This document shows, piece after piece, positions 50,607-63,200 of a stretch of 64,000 nt of DNA. This DNA comes from an uncultured virus (IMG/VR IMGVR_UViG_3300028564_000002). Lineage: Duplodnaviria; Heunggongvirae; Uroviricota; Caudoviricetes. The DNA is taken from IMG/VR virus record IMGVR_UViG_3300028564_000002; one strand, 5' to 3'. The notes beneath the pieces were generated by a model. It made no database searches. It worked only from the letters and a program-made list of their open reading frames with translations, and was not told the DNA's origin. The position numbers and the translations under genes are program-made. How positions within the stretch are numbered: position 1 is the stretch's first letter; each line of letters starts with the position of its first letter.

Positions 50607-53600
50607 TCAATCCTCACATTGAGCACGTTCTGTTGTGGATTTTGTGATGAATCCTTCATCGTCCATTTCTTCAATTTTCTCAAAGAGTGGGAATGAAGTA
50701 CTCTTATATTTCTTTGGAACAAAATCATCATCACGTCTGATACCAGTTATGATAAGTTTATTACCTCTTGCGAAGAAACTCTTTTCAACAACTGTCTTTG
50801 TTCCATCAGGATTCTTACGTGAAATCTGTCTGTCCCACTTTGCATACTGATTTTTCCAAACCTTTACGTTTACAACCTGCATTGTTGGAGTTAAGAGAAC
50901 TACTGTACTCTTATTCTTATCCTTATCAATTACAGTTCCACAGATTCTTGAAATCTCATACATTCTTATCATGCCGCCTTCCTTAGTAAGGAACTCTGAG
51001 GCAATCACTGGGTCTTTATCCAAATCCTCGAAATCAACAATCTTGTATGCTCTCTTGTTAAGATTAGCAAGCTCATGATTGTGACAATATGTGCCAAGAG
51101 CATCCATATCCCACTTATCAATGCCGCCCTGAGCATACTTTTCAGATACCTCAGTAACAAGTGTAGCATTAAGTTTGTTTAAAATTTCCTGCTGTTTTTC
51201 CTTCATCCATGCTCTTACTGGATTCATTGCTTTATCATATGTATTGTCCCAAGTTGTTTGCTTGATTTTAGCATGGTTGTTTTCACCATCAATTACTGCA
51301 TCTACAAGAACATCTGTGTCATAGTGTTCAAGGAAGAATCTCATGGCATTTCTGTCAAGAAGGTAATAGTCTCCATCCTTGAATTTTCTGATATATTTTG
51401 TGAAGTTATAAACCTTTGCTTCAAATGAGAGTTCCTCTGGAATAAGACCTCTGTTGAATAACATTGTCATATTCTGTAATGTAATTCTCTTTTTCTTGTC
51501 AGCGATGAGGTCGAGATAAGAGTTCATTGTAGCAACTCTGTTCTCATAAAGATTATCAAATGCACCTGCCTTTATCAAGCTGACCATTTGAGTTTTGTTA
51601 ACCTTAACCTTGCTCATAAAGTCTTCAAGAGAACTGTAAGGACGATTCTCAATAATTTCATAAACAAGATTTGTACCAATTCTATCAATACCCTTCAAAC
51701 CATAAATGATAGCGTTCTGCTCAGAGTCAGGCTTAAAGATAAGGTCTGATTTATTGATATCTGGCGGCAAAACATTTATACCAGCTTTCTTGGACTTACC
51801 AAGTGCAACACTTATTTTACCATAGTTAACACTCTTGTTTTTCTTCTTTGTTGGTGTCTCTTCCTCTTCTTCATCGAAGTCTACCTCTCTATCTACATCG
51901 TCTACTTCAAGAAGGTCTGCACCACCCGCGTTTGTAATCAAACAAGCACAGTTCCAATAAATATCGGAATATGTTGTTGCAAGATAAAGAGTCTGAAGAC
52001 CAACAAATGAATAAGCAAGTGCGTGAGGTTTCGCACTGTACCACTACTACTTTCATAGTCCGCTAAAGCGTTGTGGTCTGGACTATACCATACATTTCAA
52101 AACGAAATGGAGTTATTATAGTCTCTGAACGTCTCTCCAATTTAAATGTGTAATTTTATTAGAGAAAATACATAAAATTGAGATTTCGCTGCGTTTGATT
52201 ATCCAATCCTTAACGATGTTACCATACCGTTCCCGTTACTAAACGCCACAATAGAGTTACCTACTATTGCTTGGTTGTTAAGGCTCTAAGGAACTCCCCG
52301 CAATTTAAACTCTTTAAACAGCTCTGCTAAAGTTAAAGCTGTATCCCATCTGAGGCCCCATTGTTGTCTTCCAAACATATTCACCGAATTTCTTTGTAGG
52401 ACAAGCATTTACAAACTTTTCATGAAGAGCCGGAATCTGGTCCATTTTCTTCTTTGCAACTATCTTTCTTGTTGAGTTTGCTTCAGAAAGACTAAAGTGT
52501 GCAATGTTTTCGTCCATACAAATTTCCATCATATCTTCCTGTGATGAAGGAACGCCATAGTTAGGAAGATAATACGGTTCAAGAGTTTTAATCTGTTCTT
52601 CTGTCAATCCCGCATCTTTTGCTTCCATATACCATGCTCTCATATCTTCCTTAAGGCGACAATATCTGTCGAGAGGTCTCTCTTCACCAGGCTCACCCAT
52701 AAGTCTCATTACATACCACTATAGATTTCTCTACCAGCTGGGTAACTGTTTGTGGTCTGGACTATCTTTTACCTTACGGCACACCATTTCGATTTACGTA
52801 TCAATAGTAAACCTACTCTCTGTCTAACCAGAGATAGTCTCTACAGGTTTATTGATTCACCTTTCTTATATTGTTAATTAAATTTGTATAACAATATACT
52901 AAGTGCATTTTATATCACCTCCAATGAGGTGAATCAATATTTCCCACGGGATTACCATACCTATACCTCCCGGCAGTGGCTCCAGGCTTCCCCGTTAGCT
53001 AAGATTAAATCTTAACCCCTTTGATTAAAGGTAAAGTGTGTAAGCGCCAATGTCGACGCATTTGCGTTAAGCATATCAGTTGGGTTCTGCGGCTTAACTT
53101 GTTTTGCAGTTGCAAGACCTACACCAGTACTGAACTGGAATACATCGAGAACTTCACCATTACTAAGTGCATCCCAAAGTCTCTGGTTCTTAATGTCAAG
53201 AACATCAGGATGGAGATATTTATTATATACTTCTCTCAATGAGAGGTCAGGCTCAATCAAATTATCTTTCTGAAGAAGCTGTATTGCAATTGTAAGCTTA
53301 TCACAAATTTCAGTTACAAGAAAGTCATACTTAACGTCACCAAGTTCCTCTGCTTCATGGAGAGAATACTGAGTTGTTAAGTCACCATTCGGGCTTCTCA
53401 TAATTGCACCAGTTTCAAATGGGCTATCATTATAAAGAATAACACCAGATGCGTGCTGGCCTCTTTTATTTACAAGACCATCAATTGATTCGATAATCTC
53501 AAGAAGTCCTGGATACTTGTCAAGCTCATTTACGAGCGCTGTGATAGGTGCTCTACCCTTTTCTTCATTGCCATAAACGGCATCATGAATTGACCAAAGG

Positions 53601-55725
53601 AATCCACGCTCTTGAGGAATAAGAGAACTAAGATACTGTGCTGTATCTGTATCAATTCCATCGGGGAGGTACTCTGAACGATAACCACGACAGGCGGCAG
53701 CGATTGCTGAACGAGTTCCTTCTGTACCATAAGTACAAACCTGAATTACGTTAAGTTCACCACGCTCTTTACGAAGTGCCTCAAAGATTCTCTTTCTCTT
53801 TGAAGGGGTAAGGTCAATATCAATATCCTTTTTATACCCTCGGTTTCCCGATATTTATTAGGGGAATAGACTATCTCTTTAGGACTTTTGTCCATAATAG
53901 GCACTACGGAGTGGTATTCATCTCCACTCCTCTTAGAGATTTTATAATCTCAATTTAGTCGTTACATCTTCTCAATCATTTTCATATTTCCAAAATTTCA
54001 ATAATAAAGTTTTCTTTTCCATATTTCTAAACTGCGCTATAAATTAAAGTCTAATTATGATTACAATGTTCTTGAAAACGAATTTTAATATCACGAGAAG
54101 TAATTCCTATATATTTTTTATTATTAATTAAATTTGTTATGCAATAAACTTTGAAAATATAAATCACCTCCATATTAATATATGAAAATGATTGAGCTTG
54201 ACACGGTATCAACTGCTATCCTTTTCAGGACCGTAGTCTCTCTTACGAAGCTGCTTCGCGCATTGCCTTATTCCACTTCTACCGTTAGCCTTCAATTAAG
54301 AAGACACCGCTGAATGCGTTCACCTATTTTATACTGCCCAATATAAAGTTTAGGCAGTTCCACACGTTCCTCATTCAAGAATCTCCAGTTCTTAAGTCCC
54401 CACTGAAGAGGGTCAAGCTGAGTTATTCCAAGAAGATAGTTTGAAAGGAAACATACTGCCGAACCACGTCCAGGTCCAACAATTGAGCCCTGCTCCCAGA
54501 ACAAGTTAATCATGTGCTGGAAAGTATTAAAATACTCATACAGACAGTTACCAAGTTTCTCTCCAACAACCTTAATTACTCTTGCTTCTGTTTCAAGAGC
54601 AATCATATAATTCTCTTTTCCAAAGAGACCTTTGTCAATCATACTGAGCAAACATTCTGTTACCCAATATTTCTCCTGCACATTATCACTTTGGATAAGT
54701 TCTGTAAGTACTGGACACTTATCTTTCCAAATCCAATCGGGAGTTACTGGACAATCCTTCGGTACCACATTAACTCTTGGAATAATTGGCTTTCTAAATA
54801 TATCATAAGTTCCAATCTTATTATAAATTTCCATTGAGTTATCGCAGAAGTTTTTAAAATCTTCTTCTGTAAAATCAGAATCTTTTAAATACTCAAAAGC
54901 TTCAATATTATCCATCATGTGAGAATAAGTATAGAAATCATCAACCTCTCTTTCACCATCTTTTGAGTTAAGATAAGCTTTATGAACTGGACGCTCTTTT
55001 GAAGTAAGATAATGAGCATCTGAACCAATTACAATTTTAATATTGTAGGCTGCGGCGATACTTACGACTCTTTTATTAAACTTAATCTGGTCTTTTGATG
55101 AGGCTGCGGCGATTTCAATATAGAAATCTTCGCCAAACAAGTTCAAGTTCCAACGAATGAAGTTATCAATTTTCATCTTCCAGTCATAAACGTCAAACTC
55201 ATCGCCTTTCTTTTCAGCCTTAACAAGCTCTGCAACAAAATGAGGAAGTTCGCCACCAAGACAAGCTGTTGTAGCAATTAGAGTGTTTGGATATCTTCTT
55301 ACAATTTCTTCAAGTTCTTTCTTCTCTGTTGGAACACGATATAAACCACGAGAACTGAAGCCATTATACCATGCGGTTGAACTCAACTCTCTTAATGCTC
55401 TATGTCCTTCTGTATTCTTTGCTATGAGAATGTAGTGCCAGTATCTTTCAATATTAGCTCTATCATCAACAAGATAGATTTCGTTACCACAAGCACACTT
55501 GAAATCCTGCGGAATCTTGCCGCTTGCCTTCAAATCCTTTTCGCACTTCAACCATTCAACATGACCAGCAACTGTCTCATGGTCTGTTAGGGCAATACCT
55601 GACATACCAAGTTCATGTGCCTTGAGAATCATATCCTTTGGTCTGTTGATTGAGTCGATAAGATTGAAATTTGAAAACATACTGTGTGAGTGGTTATCAA
55701 ATCTTTTTAAAGTTTTTATATCCAT
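50607..55725 (-). CDS. dnaE: DNA polymerase III alpha subunit, spliced from exons 55725-54352, 53827-53056, 52711-52336 and 52035-50607 (1316 aa)
   Basis: PHP motifs (NHSHS, IALTDHE, SDAHY), GPGRGSA; junctions restore ERVELP/DIDID, NANAL/MRLM and GYSF/AKPHALAYS; also QHASGV, VKYDFL, VLPPDINKS, YGLKGI. Confidence 0.93.
52036..52335 (-). ncRNA. Group I intron 3 of dnaE (no ORF)
   Basis: P1 CAGCTT/GAGCTG with U-G; core AATTGCGGGGA, TCAGAGACTATA, GGTATAGTCCA; terminal G. Confidence 0.88.
52712..53055 (-). ncRNA. Group I intron 2 of dnaE with a 19-codon GIY-YIG vestige (52849-52908)
   Basis: Core GCTAACGGGGAA, AATCCCGTG, GTAGAGACTA, AAGATAGTCCA; terminal G; internal GGAGG followed by MHLVYCYTNLINNI. 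Confidence 0.88.
53828..54351 (-). ncRNA. Group I intron 1 of dnaE with a truncated GIY-YIG remnant (53982-54158)
   Basis: P1 CTGCCT/GGGCAG; core GCTAACGGT, ATACCGTG, GTAACGACTA, GAGATAGTCT; a 17-bp stem (53971-53987 with 54180-54196) encloses FKVYCITNLINNKKYIGIT..RFQEH..KYGKENF. Confidence 0.9.
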
Positions 55726-55801
55726 TTATTACCTCCATCCACGTCGCCGAGCACAATGCAGGGACGTTAACTTTAATAATTATTTTTAACTTTCTATATA
55801 T

Positions 55802-55830
55802 ATTATAACATAAATTATAAAAAAAGTCAA
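55802..55830 (-). promoter_or_regulatory. Sigma-A-type promoter for dnaE
   Basis: TTGACT-N17-TATAAT with extended -10 TG; nearly identical to the promoter at 49041-49069. Confidence 0.8.
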
Positions 55831-55864
55831 GAACTTTTATGGCTCTTGACTTTAAAATTAAAAA

Positions 55865-56053
55865 TTATTTCTTGCTACAACCCTAATTAGACTTGCAGAG
55901 ATTTTTACACTTAGGACATTTATGTGTCCAAGGAATACTATGGATTGACCAATCTTGGTCACATTCCTCTTCATCAACTTCAAATATACAATCGCATTTT
56001 GAACATTTGAAGAGGACTTTCCCATATAATCCTTCGTTAAGAATTTTTACCAT
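55865..56053 (-). CDS. Small zinc-ribbon protein (62 aa)
   Basis: FKCSKCDCIFE...KCPKC; one TAG near the C-terminus; ends in TAA. Confidence 0.6.
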
Positions 56054-56142
56054 ATCACTTATTTCTCTTTTTCTTTTCTCTGTTCTTCTGAATGTCCTTA
56101 TTCATGCGCTCTATTTCATCCTTCATTCTATCAATTTTCTTT

Positions 56143-56634
56143 TTATAGTTCTCCTTTTCGTCTGTACGAATCTTCACTTGGCTTCCCTCCTATTTTTTCA
56201 TAAAAGCTATTTATGAAGTTTATTTGTTTGAGTTTATTATACTCAGCTTTATTTTCTCTGTAATCTTCTGCATCCCAGCTACGTTTCTGATAATCTTCAA
56301 GCCATGTATAGTGGACGGCGGCGAATAGCGCTCTACGTCTATCATCTGTTTGACATATGAAATCAGCGAATAATTGACGAACTTTTAATTCAAGCTGCTC
56401 ATCGAAATCGCTATCATATAGGGTACTATATCTTTCATCATCTGGAACTAAGTCCCATAAAAAATCCACAACATCTAAAAACGATGGTGTGTGCCACTTT
56501 CTTTCCAATTGGAAGAAGGCTTTTGTATCCTCATCCAATTCTCCTATGCTAACGAGATAGCTATAGAAATCATTTAACCAATGGTCAAAAAAGAAATTAC
56601 AGGTCTGGTCAAAGAAATCTTCTCCCAATCGCAC
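56143..56634 (-). CDS. Hypothetical protein
   Basis: 163-aa ORF in the operon orientation; the start position is uncertain. Confidence 0.55.
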   Translation of the reverse strand: MRLGEDFFDQTCNFFFDHWLNDFYSYLVSIGELDEDTKAFFQLERKWHTPSFLDVVDFLWDLVPDDERYSTLYDSDFDEQLELKVRQLFADFICQTDDRRRALFAAVHYTWLEDYQKRSWDAEDYRENKAEYNKLKQINFINSFYEKIGGKPSEDSYRRKGEL

Positions 56635-56734
56635 TCACAACATCTTATAATATTATAACAGTTTATAGGGTGTTTATAATGGTCTATCTCTTTATTGATT
56701 TTATCAATTCTTGGAGTTTCCATTTAACCACTCC

Positions 56735-56932
56735 TTACCATCTTTTTACTATTTTGACAATATAATATGAATCAATTATTTCTCCTTTAGATTTCTTTTC
56801 TTTAAGAGTTGCAGAACTACTAATTACATCATACCCTTCTTCTTTAGCATCAGATTTAAACTTTTCAATTAATGCCTTAGCTTCTTCATAAGAATCAACA
56901 CGAATTTCATCAGTCTGTTTCATTATTTCCAT
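56735..56932 (-). CDS. Hypothetical protein (65 aa)
   Basis: GGAGG RBS; KEKKSKGEIIDSYYIVKI. Confidence 0.65.
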   Translation of the reverse strand: MEIMKQTDEIRVDSYEEAKALIEKFKSDAKEEGYDVISSSATLKEKKSKGEIIDSYYIVKIVKRW

Positions 56933-57254
56933 AAATAAATTCCTCCAGTTTATTTATAATATTATCTTTATAAGAAATTTCATATAAGAGAATATTGTGT
57001 GATAAACAATATTCTCTTTTCTGATTATCTCTTAACTACTATTTCTATAACCCTTCTAATCCGCCATAAAATTCTATTGGCTCATAATGCTATTTTCCCT
57101 AATATTCTATTAATATCATATTTGGATTAAAAATAGCAAAATCAAACTTTAAAGGATAATTATTAGGCTTTAAATCTTCAAAGTAATACTGTTTCTGAAA
57201 TCTAATATTGTGATTTTTAAGCCACTATTCAATTTCATATTCTCCTTTAGACAT
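56910..57254 (-). CDS. Free-standing Vsr-like/DUF559 nuclease domain (114 aa, six TAG codons; possibly a remnant)
   Basis: MSKGEYEIEQWLKNHNIRFQKQYYFEDL..PLKFDFAIF..ILIEYQGKQHYEPIEFYGG; invisible in the standard-code ORF track. Confidence 0.7.
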
Positions 57255-57373
57255 ATTCTTAAATATCCACTTTTCTACTAAATTGGTTTTAGAAATTTTT
57301 TAGAAGTATAGGAATATATTTTTCCACAAGAAGTAATAGCATATAATCCTTCATATCCTTTAATATCTTTTAT
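57245..57373 (-). pseudogene. NUMOD4 (HNH endonuclease N-terminus) remnant
   Basis: IKDIKGYEGLYAITSCGKIYSYTSKKFLKPIQQKSGYLRICL, with no ATG start and no HNH domain. Confidence 0.65.
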
Positions 57374-57380
57374 CTAAATA

Positions 57381-59177
57381 TTAGAAATCATAAAGAGCCG
57401 ACTCCTTTAAATCAATACTATCAATATAAATCTAAGGAGTTGTTCTGCCGCCCCACTTATTGATATTGGCACGACCTGCACAAGTAATATTCAAAGTGTT
57501 GCCGCTGAAGGCATCAATTTGGTCGATAACATCCTAAGCCTTAAATATCATATAAACCATGTCATTAAAGATAAACTTAACCGTATCCTTCTTTGAACCA
57601 ATATACTGAATTGATTTCTTTGGAATGGTTATGTTTTCAACAATAATAACTGGTTCTTTACTATGCTGTCCCCAAAGGTCTGCGTGAGTTCCGAGGTCAG
57701 TTACCAAATTACCAATATCTGAATAGTTACCAGAAACAACAAAGTCTGCTTCATAGTATCCTTCATTGAAGTCAATATCTTTCAGCTCTCTGTTCGCATA
57801 GTCATACAACTTGGAAACGTTATTTTCCTTTAAGCTAAAGCCGGCGGCATTAGCGTGTCCTTCAACCATGTCAGTTAATCCGCTGTCTTTTAAGAATCCT
57901 TTGAAGTCTTTAAGAGCACTTTCCTCTCTACCTCTGATAGAACCCTTTAAGAATCCGTCAGGACTTATTCTACCAAGCAATGTAGGCTTCTTATACTTCG
58001 CCGCGATACCCATAGCGATTAAACCAGTAAGGTTTGTTGATACGTTAAGGTCATCAGCATTAAGGATAAGAATTTTATTTTCATCAAGGCAGTCATTCAT
58101 AATCTGAATATCAAGAAGTTCAATAGCCTTATCCTTTTCTCTATTCTAACGAGAGCGGGCATTTACACAGTTTCTTGTAGCCTATTCAGCTATTGTCTCC
58201 ATTTCACCTTTTGCTCCACGCTTGGTTGAAGCAATTTGAGTATTGCCCTCAATAAATGCTCTGAATAGCATTTCCTTTTCAGACTATGAACCAACACGGA
58301 TAAGAGCGTTGATAAGTGGAGTAACATAGAAGGCAACTTTTATCTGTGTTAATTCGCCATTGGTAAAGTAGCTGTCATTCCAATCTGCTTCATAAAAACC
58401 GAAAAGTGAATAGCATTGTTTCTTAATAATGGCTTTAAATAGCTCATTGCGAATTTTCTTTAAACCGAATACGCAGAAATATCTATTTTCCATTGTATTC
58501 ATATTCATCATATCACTAATTTCACCAAGTGCAACGAGGTCAATATATTCCTCTGCATAACCAGTGCCTTCCATTATATCGAAGAACTGAAGGAATTTAT
58601 AAACCACACCAACGCCGCTTAATGACTTGTTAGGATACCATTGTGAAAGCTGATTGTTAATAACAACTGCACTCTCGCTATACTTATCTGCATCGTGGTG
58701 GTCAAGAACAAGAATATCATATCCAAGATTCTTTAAAAATGTATGTTCTTCATAGTCATTTGAAGAACTATCGGGCAAAATAATTAAATCACAAATCTTA
58801 GCATCATTGAAATCATCCATAACAGAACGAAGTCCATGTTCCTTGCCCTCTGGCACGTGATAAGTAAACTCAACATTTGGATACTTTTCTTTCAAGTGGT
58901 CATTAAAATAATTCATTAGGACGGCGGCAGAAGTAAAACCATCAACGTCGCAGTCAACATAAACTCTTATTTTACTACCATTCTCCAAATGCTTTTTAAA
59001 CAATTGATATCCCTCTTCCATGTGGTCAAGTAATAGCGGGTCGCACATATTATTCTATGCATTGGGATAGAAATACCAATCGCTTTCGCCATCATCTGGC
59101 AATATGTGTCTGTCTTTCAACAGTTCCATTGTGTAGTCAGAATGAATATCATGACTTGTTTTTCTTACATACTTCAC
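57381..59177 (-). CDS. recJ: RecJ-like ssDNA exonuclease (598 aa)
   Basis: YVDCDVDGFTS, LVLDHH, SLSGVGVVYK, LVALGEISDMM, PLINALIR, GSIRG, EGHANAAG; about seven internal TAGs. Confidence 0.9.
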
Positions 59178-59178
59178 T

Positions 59179-60234
59179 TTATAACCATACTCCCTTTGAT
59201 ATTAATTTAGTCGCTACTTCTGGTCCGCAGTCAAAAGGTGACTGCTTTAATTTCAGTAGATTACTATTATCAACTATAAAACCCATTGTGGCATAGTTCT
59301 TATATTTTTCACATATGCCCTTTAATTTAGCATAGTAGGCTTCCTTTTCTTTCCATGTTTCTCCTTCTTTATCAAAGGCAATAAGAATCTTTTCTGCTCC
59401 ACATTGTAATAACAAGTCAAGCTAATATTTATGGAAACTACTACCACAGGCGGCGACAACGATATTCCTATCCTATCCAAACATTGTTGAATATTGTAAG
59501 CAGCTCTTTTCTGATTCTGCTACTATCGCCATTTTATATTTCTTTACATTCTCTCTTACAAAATTCAATCCATATAGATTATAGCCTAAAGGATGGGCAT
59601 ACATTTTACCTTCTAATTTAACGGGCATATACTTGCCATACACCAAATCTTCATCATTTAATGCTCTTCCTCTTATACCGACCAAGTTACCATTCATATC
59701 ATAATGAGGTATGATTATCTTGTTTTCTTGAACTGAATAGAGAATGTTATATATTTTCATTGCTTCTTCACTAATTCCATCCTCCAACCATTCAGGAGTT
59801 GGATAAAATTTATAAGCATTTAACAATCCTTTATTAAGAATTGGCAGCTTAACATCTGCTTCATGATTCTCTGTTGTATAAATTGAGTGATATGGCTGAT
59901 AAAAACTTTCACGAGGTTTACTACCAGCTTTACCACCAATTCTTATTACGATATCTTTAAAAAAGTCATATTGAACATTTAACAGCTCATAACGCTTTTT
60001 AAACATACCAATTATATTAAAAGTACAACCACAATCTGTGTAGCAGTGAAAAGTTTTTGTTCGAGGATAGTAATACAATTTCATACTTGCATCAGACGAA
60101 TCATGATTATGACATATCGTCGGGAAGATAATTGCATTACCAGTTTCCTCAAATCTATCTGCGCTAAGCTGAGTCATTATTTCGATAATTTGTTCATTAC
60201 TTAAGCTGTCTACCAACTCATTTAAATCACTCAT
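59179..60234 (-). CDS. dnaG: DNA primase (351 aa)
   Basis: Zinc-binding TICHN..FHCYTDCG, IIIPHYD..GIRGR, LYGL, TOPRIM AESEKS..IAFD; two TAGs join the fragments. Confidence 0.85.
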
Positions 60235-60245
60235 TTAATCACTCC

Positions 60246-63200
60246 TTACAAAGCACATAATTCTGCAAAACTCTTATTTTCAACACGTCTCTTTATATCA
60301 TCTTTATCATTGAAAGCTGCGGCAGCATCAAGTATAAGTTCTTCTGGCTTAATGTCAGAAACAGAATAAAATTCATCGTAAATTTCATCTGAGACAATGC
60401 CTTCATTATATAAGTCGCACAGGTCTTTAAAAGCCCCATAATTTATGGAGTCAAACTCAACAGCCTGAAATTCCTTTATTGGTTTCATATCTGCGGTAGT
60501 TACAAACAAATCTTCTCTACGGCAACAGCCAAGGTCATTATAACTCCATACTCTTACCATATTCCATCTACCACGACGGTTTTTATAAATGTCTGTAACA
60601 AGATTTGGAACAAAAGAAAACTGAGATTGGAATCCTGCCAGTTCTTGTAATTCTGTCTTGGTTGGACGAGACATTATACAAGCAAAGTCAGCAAGGTTTA
60701 CAATAGCCTTTGAACCTTGAATGTTCTTCTGGTCTCTGAATCCGCCCTTGTCATCATCGTCATTACTTATCTGAGTTGAACTCATAATAAAGGCATTAAG
60801 TTCAACCGCAAGATTCTTCAATGTTGTTGTGAACAATCTAAGACAAACCATATTTTTCTTTTATTTCTAAAAGTATAGACTATATTTCACCATTAGGTAT
60901 AACTCTTTCGGTTCTCAGCCGCATTGTTACCACCGCGGCGGCACGTATCAATAGTGCCCCTACTCTCTCATGATAAGAGATAGTCGTTACAGGTTATTTT
61001 ATTAGCGTAATCGGCTTAATTTTGTAATATTCCTCTTATTACTCTAATAAAATCATCCCTCGGTATTGCCTGCTATCCATTTCTGGACCGTAGGTTCTCT
61101 TAGTCAGCGTATTCGTCTTTAGGATGCAGCGTCATCTCGCTATTTACGCCAGTCTTATTTAGCTGATACCGATAGCCACTTATTTGTGACCCCGCTGATG
61201 AGGCGGAAAAGTTATTTTGAGGACATTTTATCTTAGTTTATCCTCGCGAAGTTTTAAATCACGATATTCATTGAGCATTGCAGGAGAAGAGAAGATGTAG
61301 TCATAGAAGATATTTTCAACACCATACTGAATGTTGTATCTTCTGAACAGATTCTTTACTGCTGACGCACTTGGGTCTGGCATATGAGCGAATAACATAT
61401 TTCCCTCATACTTCTTCATGATATCGATAGCCTGCTGAATACGAGGCATTTCCTTATCACCATAAGTACCGTAAAGGAAAATTTCTTCGTTATAGCCAGT
61501 AAGATAAGCAAGAATCATTGTCTGAATTTCAGCGGGGTCTTGCTCTGTCATTACATAAAGAACTTTTTCACAACTACCAGTTGATACCCATTTATTTTTC
61601 TTTCTATCAAATCGAATTGGATAAGCGATATTACACGCATCACCAACCATAGAACGAGTATTATGTGTACAAATGTAATTATTCATTAAGAATAAATGTT
61701 CATCATTGTCTACATAAAAACAAGTCATATCAACAAATTCTCCGGTTGATTCAATTTTTATAATAGAGTCTCTGTCACGTCTTTCTTCTCTTTTCCCGTT
61801 ATTTGTATAGGCAATTGCGATATCTAATTTTCTTTTTAGTTTAAAAAGTTTTGCTTTTACCGCTTTTGGAGCCTGGATGTGTAGATTATAACATTCTCCA
61901 ATTGTATATTTGTCACTTCTTGTGTCTGTACTATAGTTACAAGTCAATCCGAGACTTTCGCACAGTTCAATAATATTATCTCTTAAAATGGGGCTTATAG
62001 TAGTAAAACCTATTCTGCCCTTTTCATCAATTGAGCCATCGGTATCAAGTAAGCCGGCAAGTAAATCATATCTTTGTTCCACTGAGCCTAATAAAAATTC
62101 TTGTGGTATGTATTTATCTTCTGACTTTAACTGCCATAATTCTGGGTATTCGCTTAATATGTCTTCAGTCCATACATTTTTGTGCTTTTCTTGATTAACC
62201 AATTCAAAGCTCCAATTATAGTTATGGTCAGAGTTCTTCTTATAAGTTGAGTATCCTTGTCTATCACATATTGCTTTAACAAGTTCTTCGTCTGAGCTTG
62301 AGAATGAAAAACTTTTGTTTGATAAATCATATCTAAAGCTTCCATCTCCAAGTATTAAGCCCATAACATAAGGGTCAATCGAATAAGACTTTTCAGGATA
62401 CTTTACTGGTTCTGTTACTGGAATACTCCATCTATAGCGTCCCTTTGTATCATGAAGTCCACGAGGATTGTCGATTATATTTCTTAATGTTGTCGTTATC
62501 AGTTTATTTGGATTTCTGTCATTCTTATTCGAATAGTAACTCCATAAATGCTCATCGCAGCATTCTGCAACTCTACCCGATTTAAAGTACACTTTATAGA
62601 TTTCTTTCTTTTCTTGCTGAGGAAATACTTTCAGTACTTTAGTTGGATTACCAAATCTGTCAAAAAGTAAATCTCCAACTTTAATTTCGCCGACCGATTT
62701 CCATCCATCTGGTGTTGGGATTCTTGTAAAATTTGGTAAGGCTTTACCAACACCAGAACCAGCAGAACGTAAATAAAATTTACCCTTTCTGCCGCCTCGT
62801 GTAATGGCATTTATAATCTTTCCCTAAAGTTGACATCCTATTTCAGGCTTTTCTTTTAGGGATATAATAAGTTGTTCAATACCATCTGTTGCCTTTGATT
62901 CCTCAACAACGCTTTTAAGAACAAACTTACTTTCATAACCGTTGATTTCCATTTTGAGCATATTGAGAATATCCTCAACAGTCATTTGCTCAAAACGTTC
63001 ATTTATCTCAGCATACTTTGGATTGAAAATATCTTCACAATAAATCTCATCCATAGGTCTGCCAGACTTCTGTAAATCTCTTACGAAATTCAGCTTTTTA
63101 AGTTTATGATAGTAATACTTAAAGTTAGCTGGGTCGCCCGCTGTTTCGCAGTCTTGTAAGAATGTTTCGCCATTTTCTTCTTCCAACAGGCTGGCGGCGG

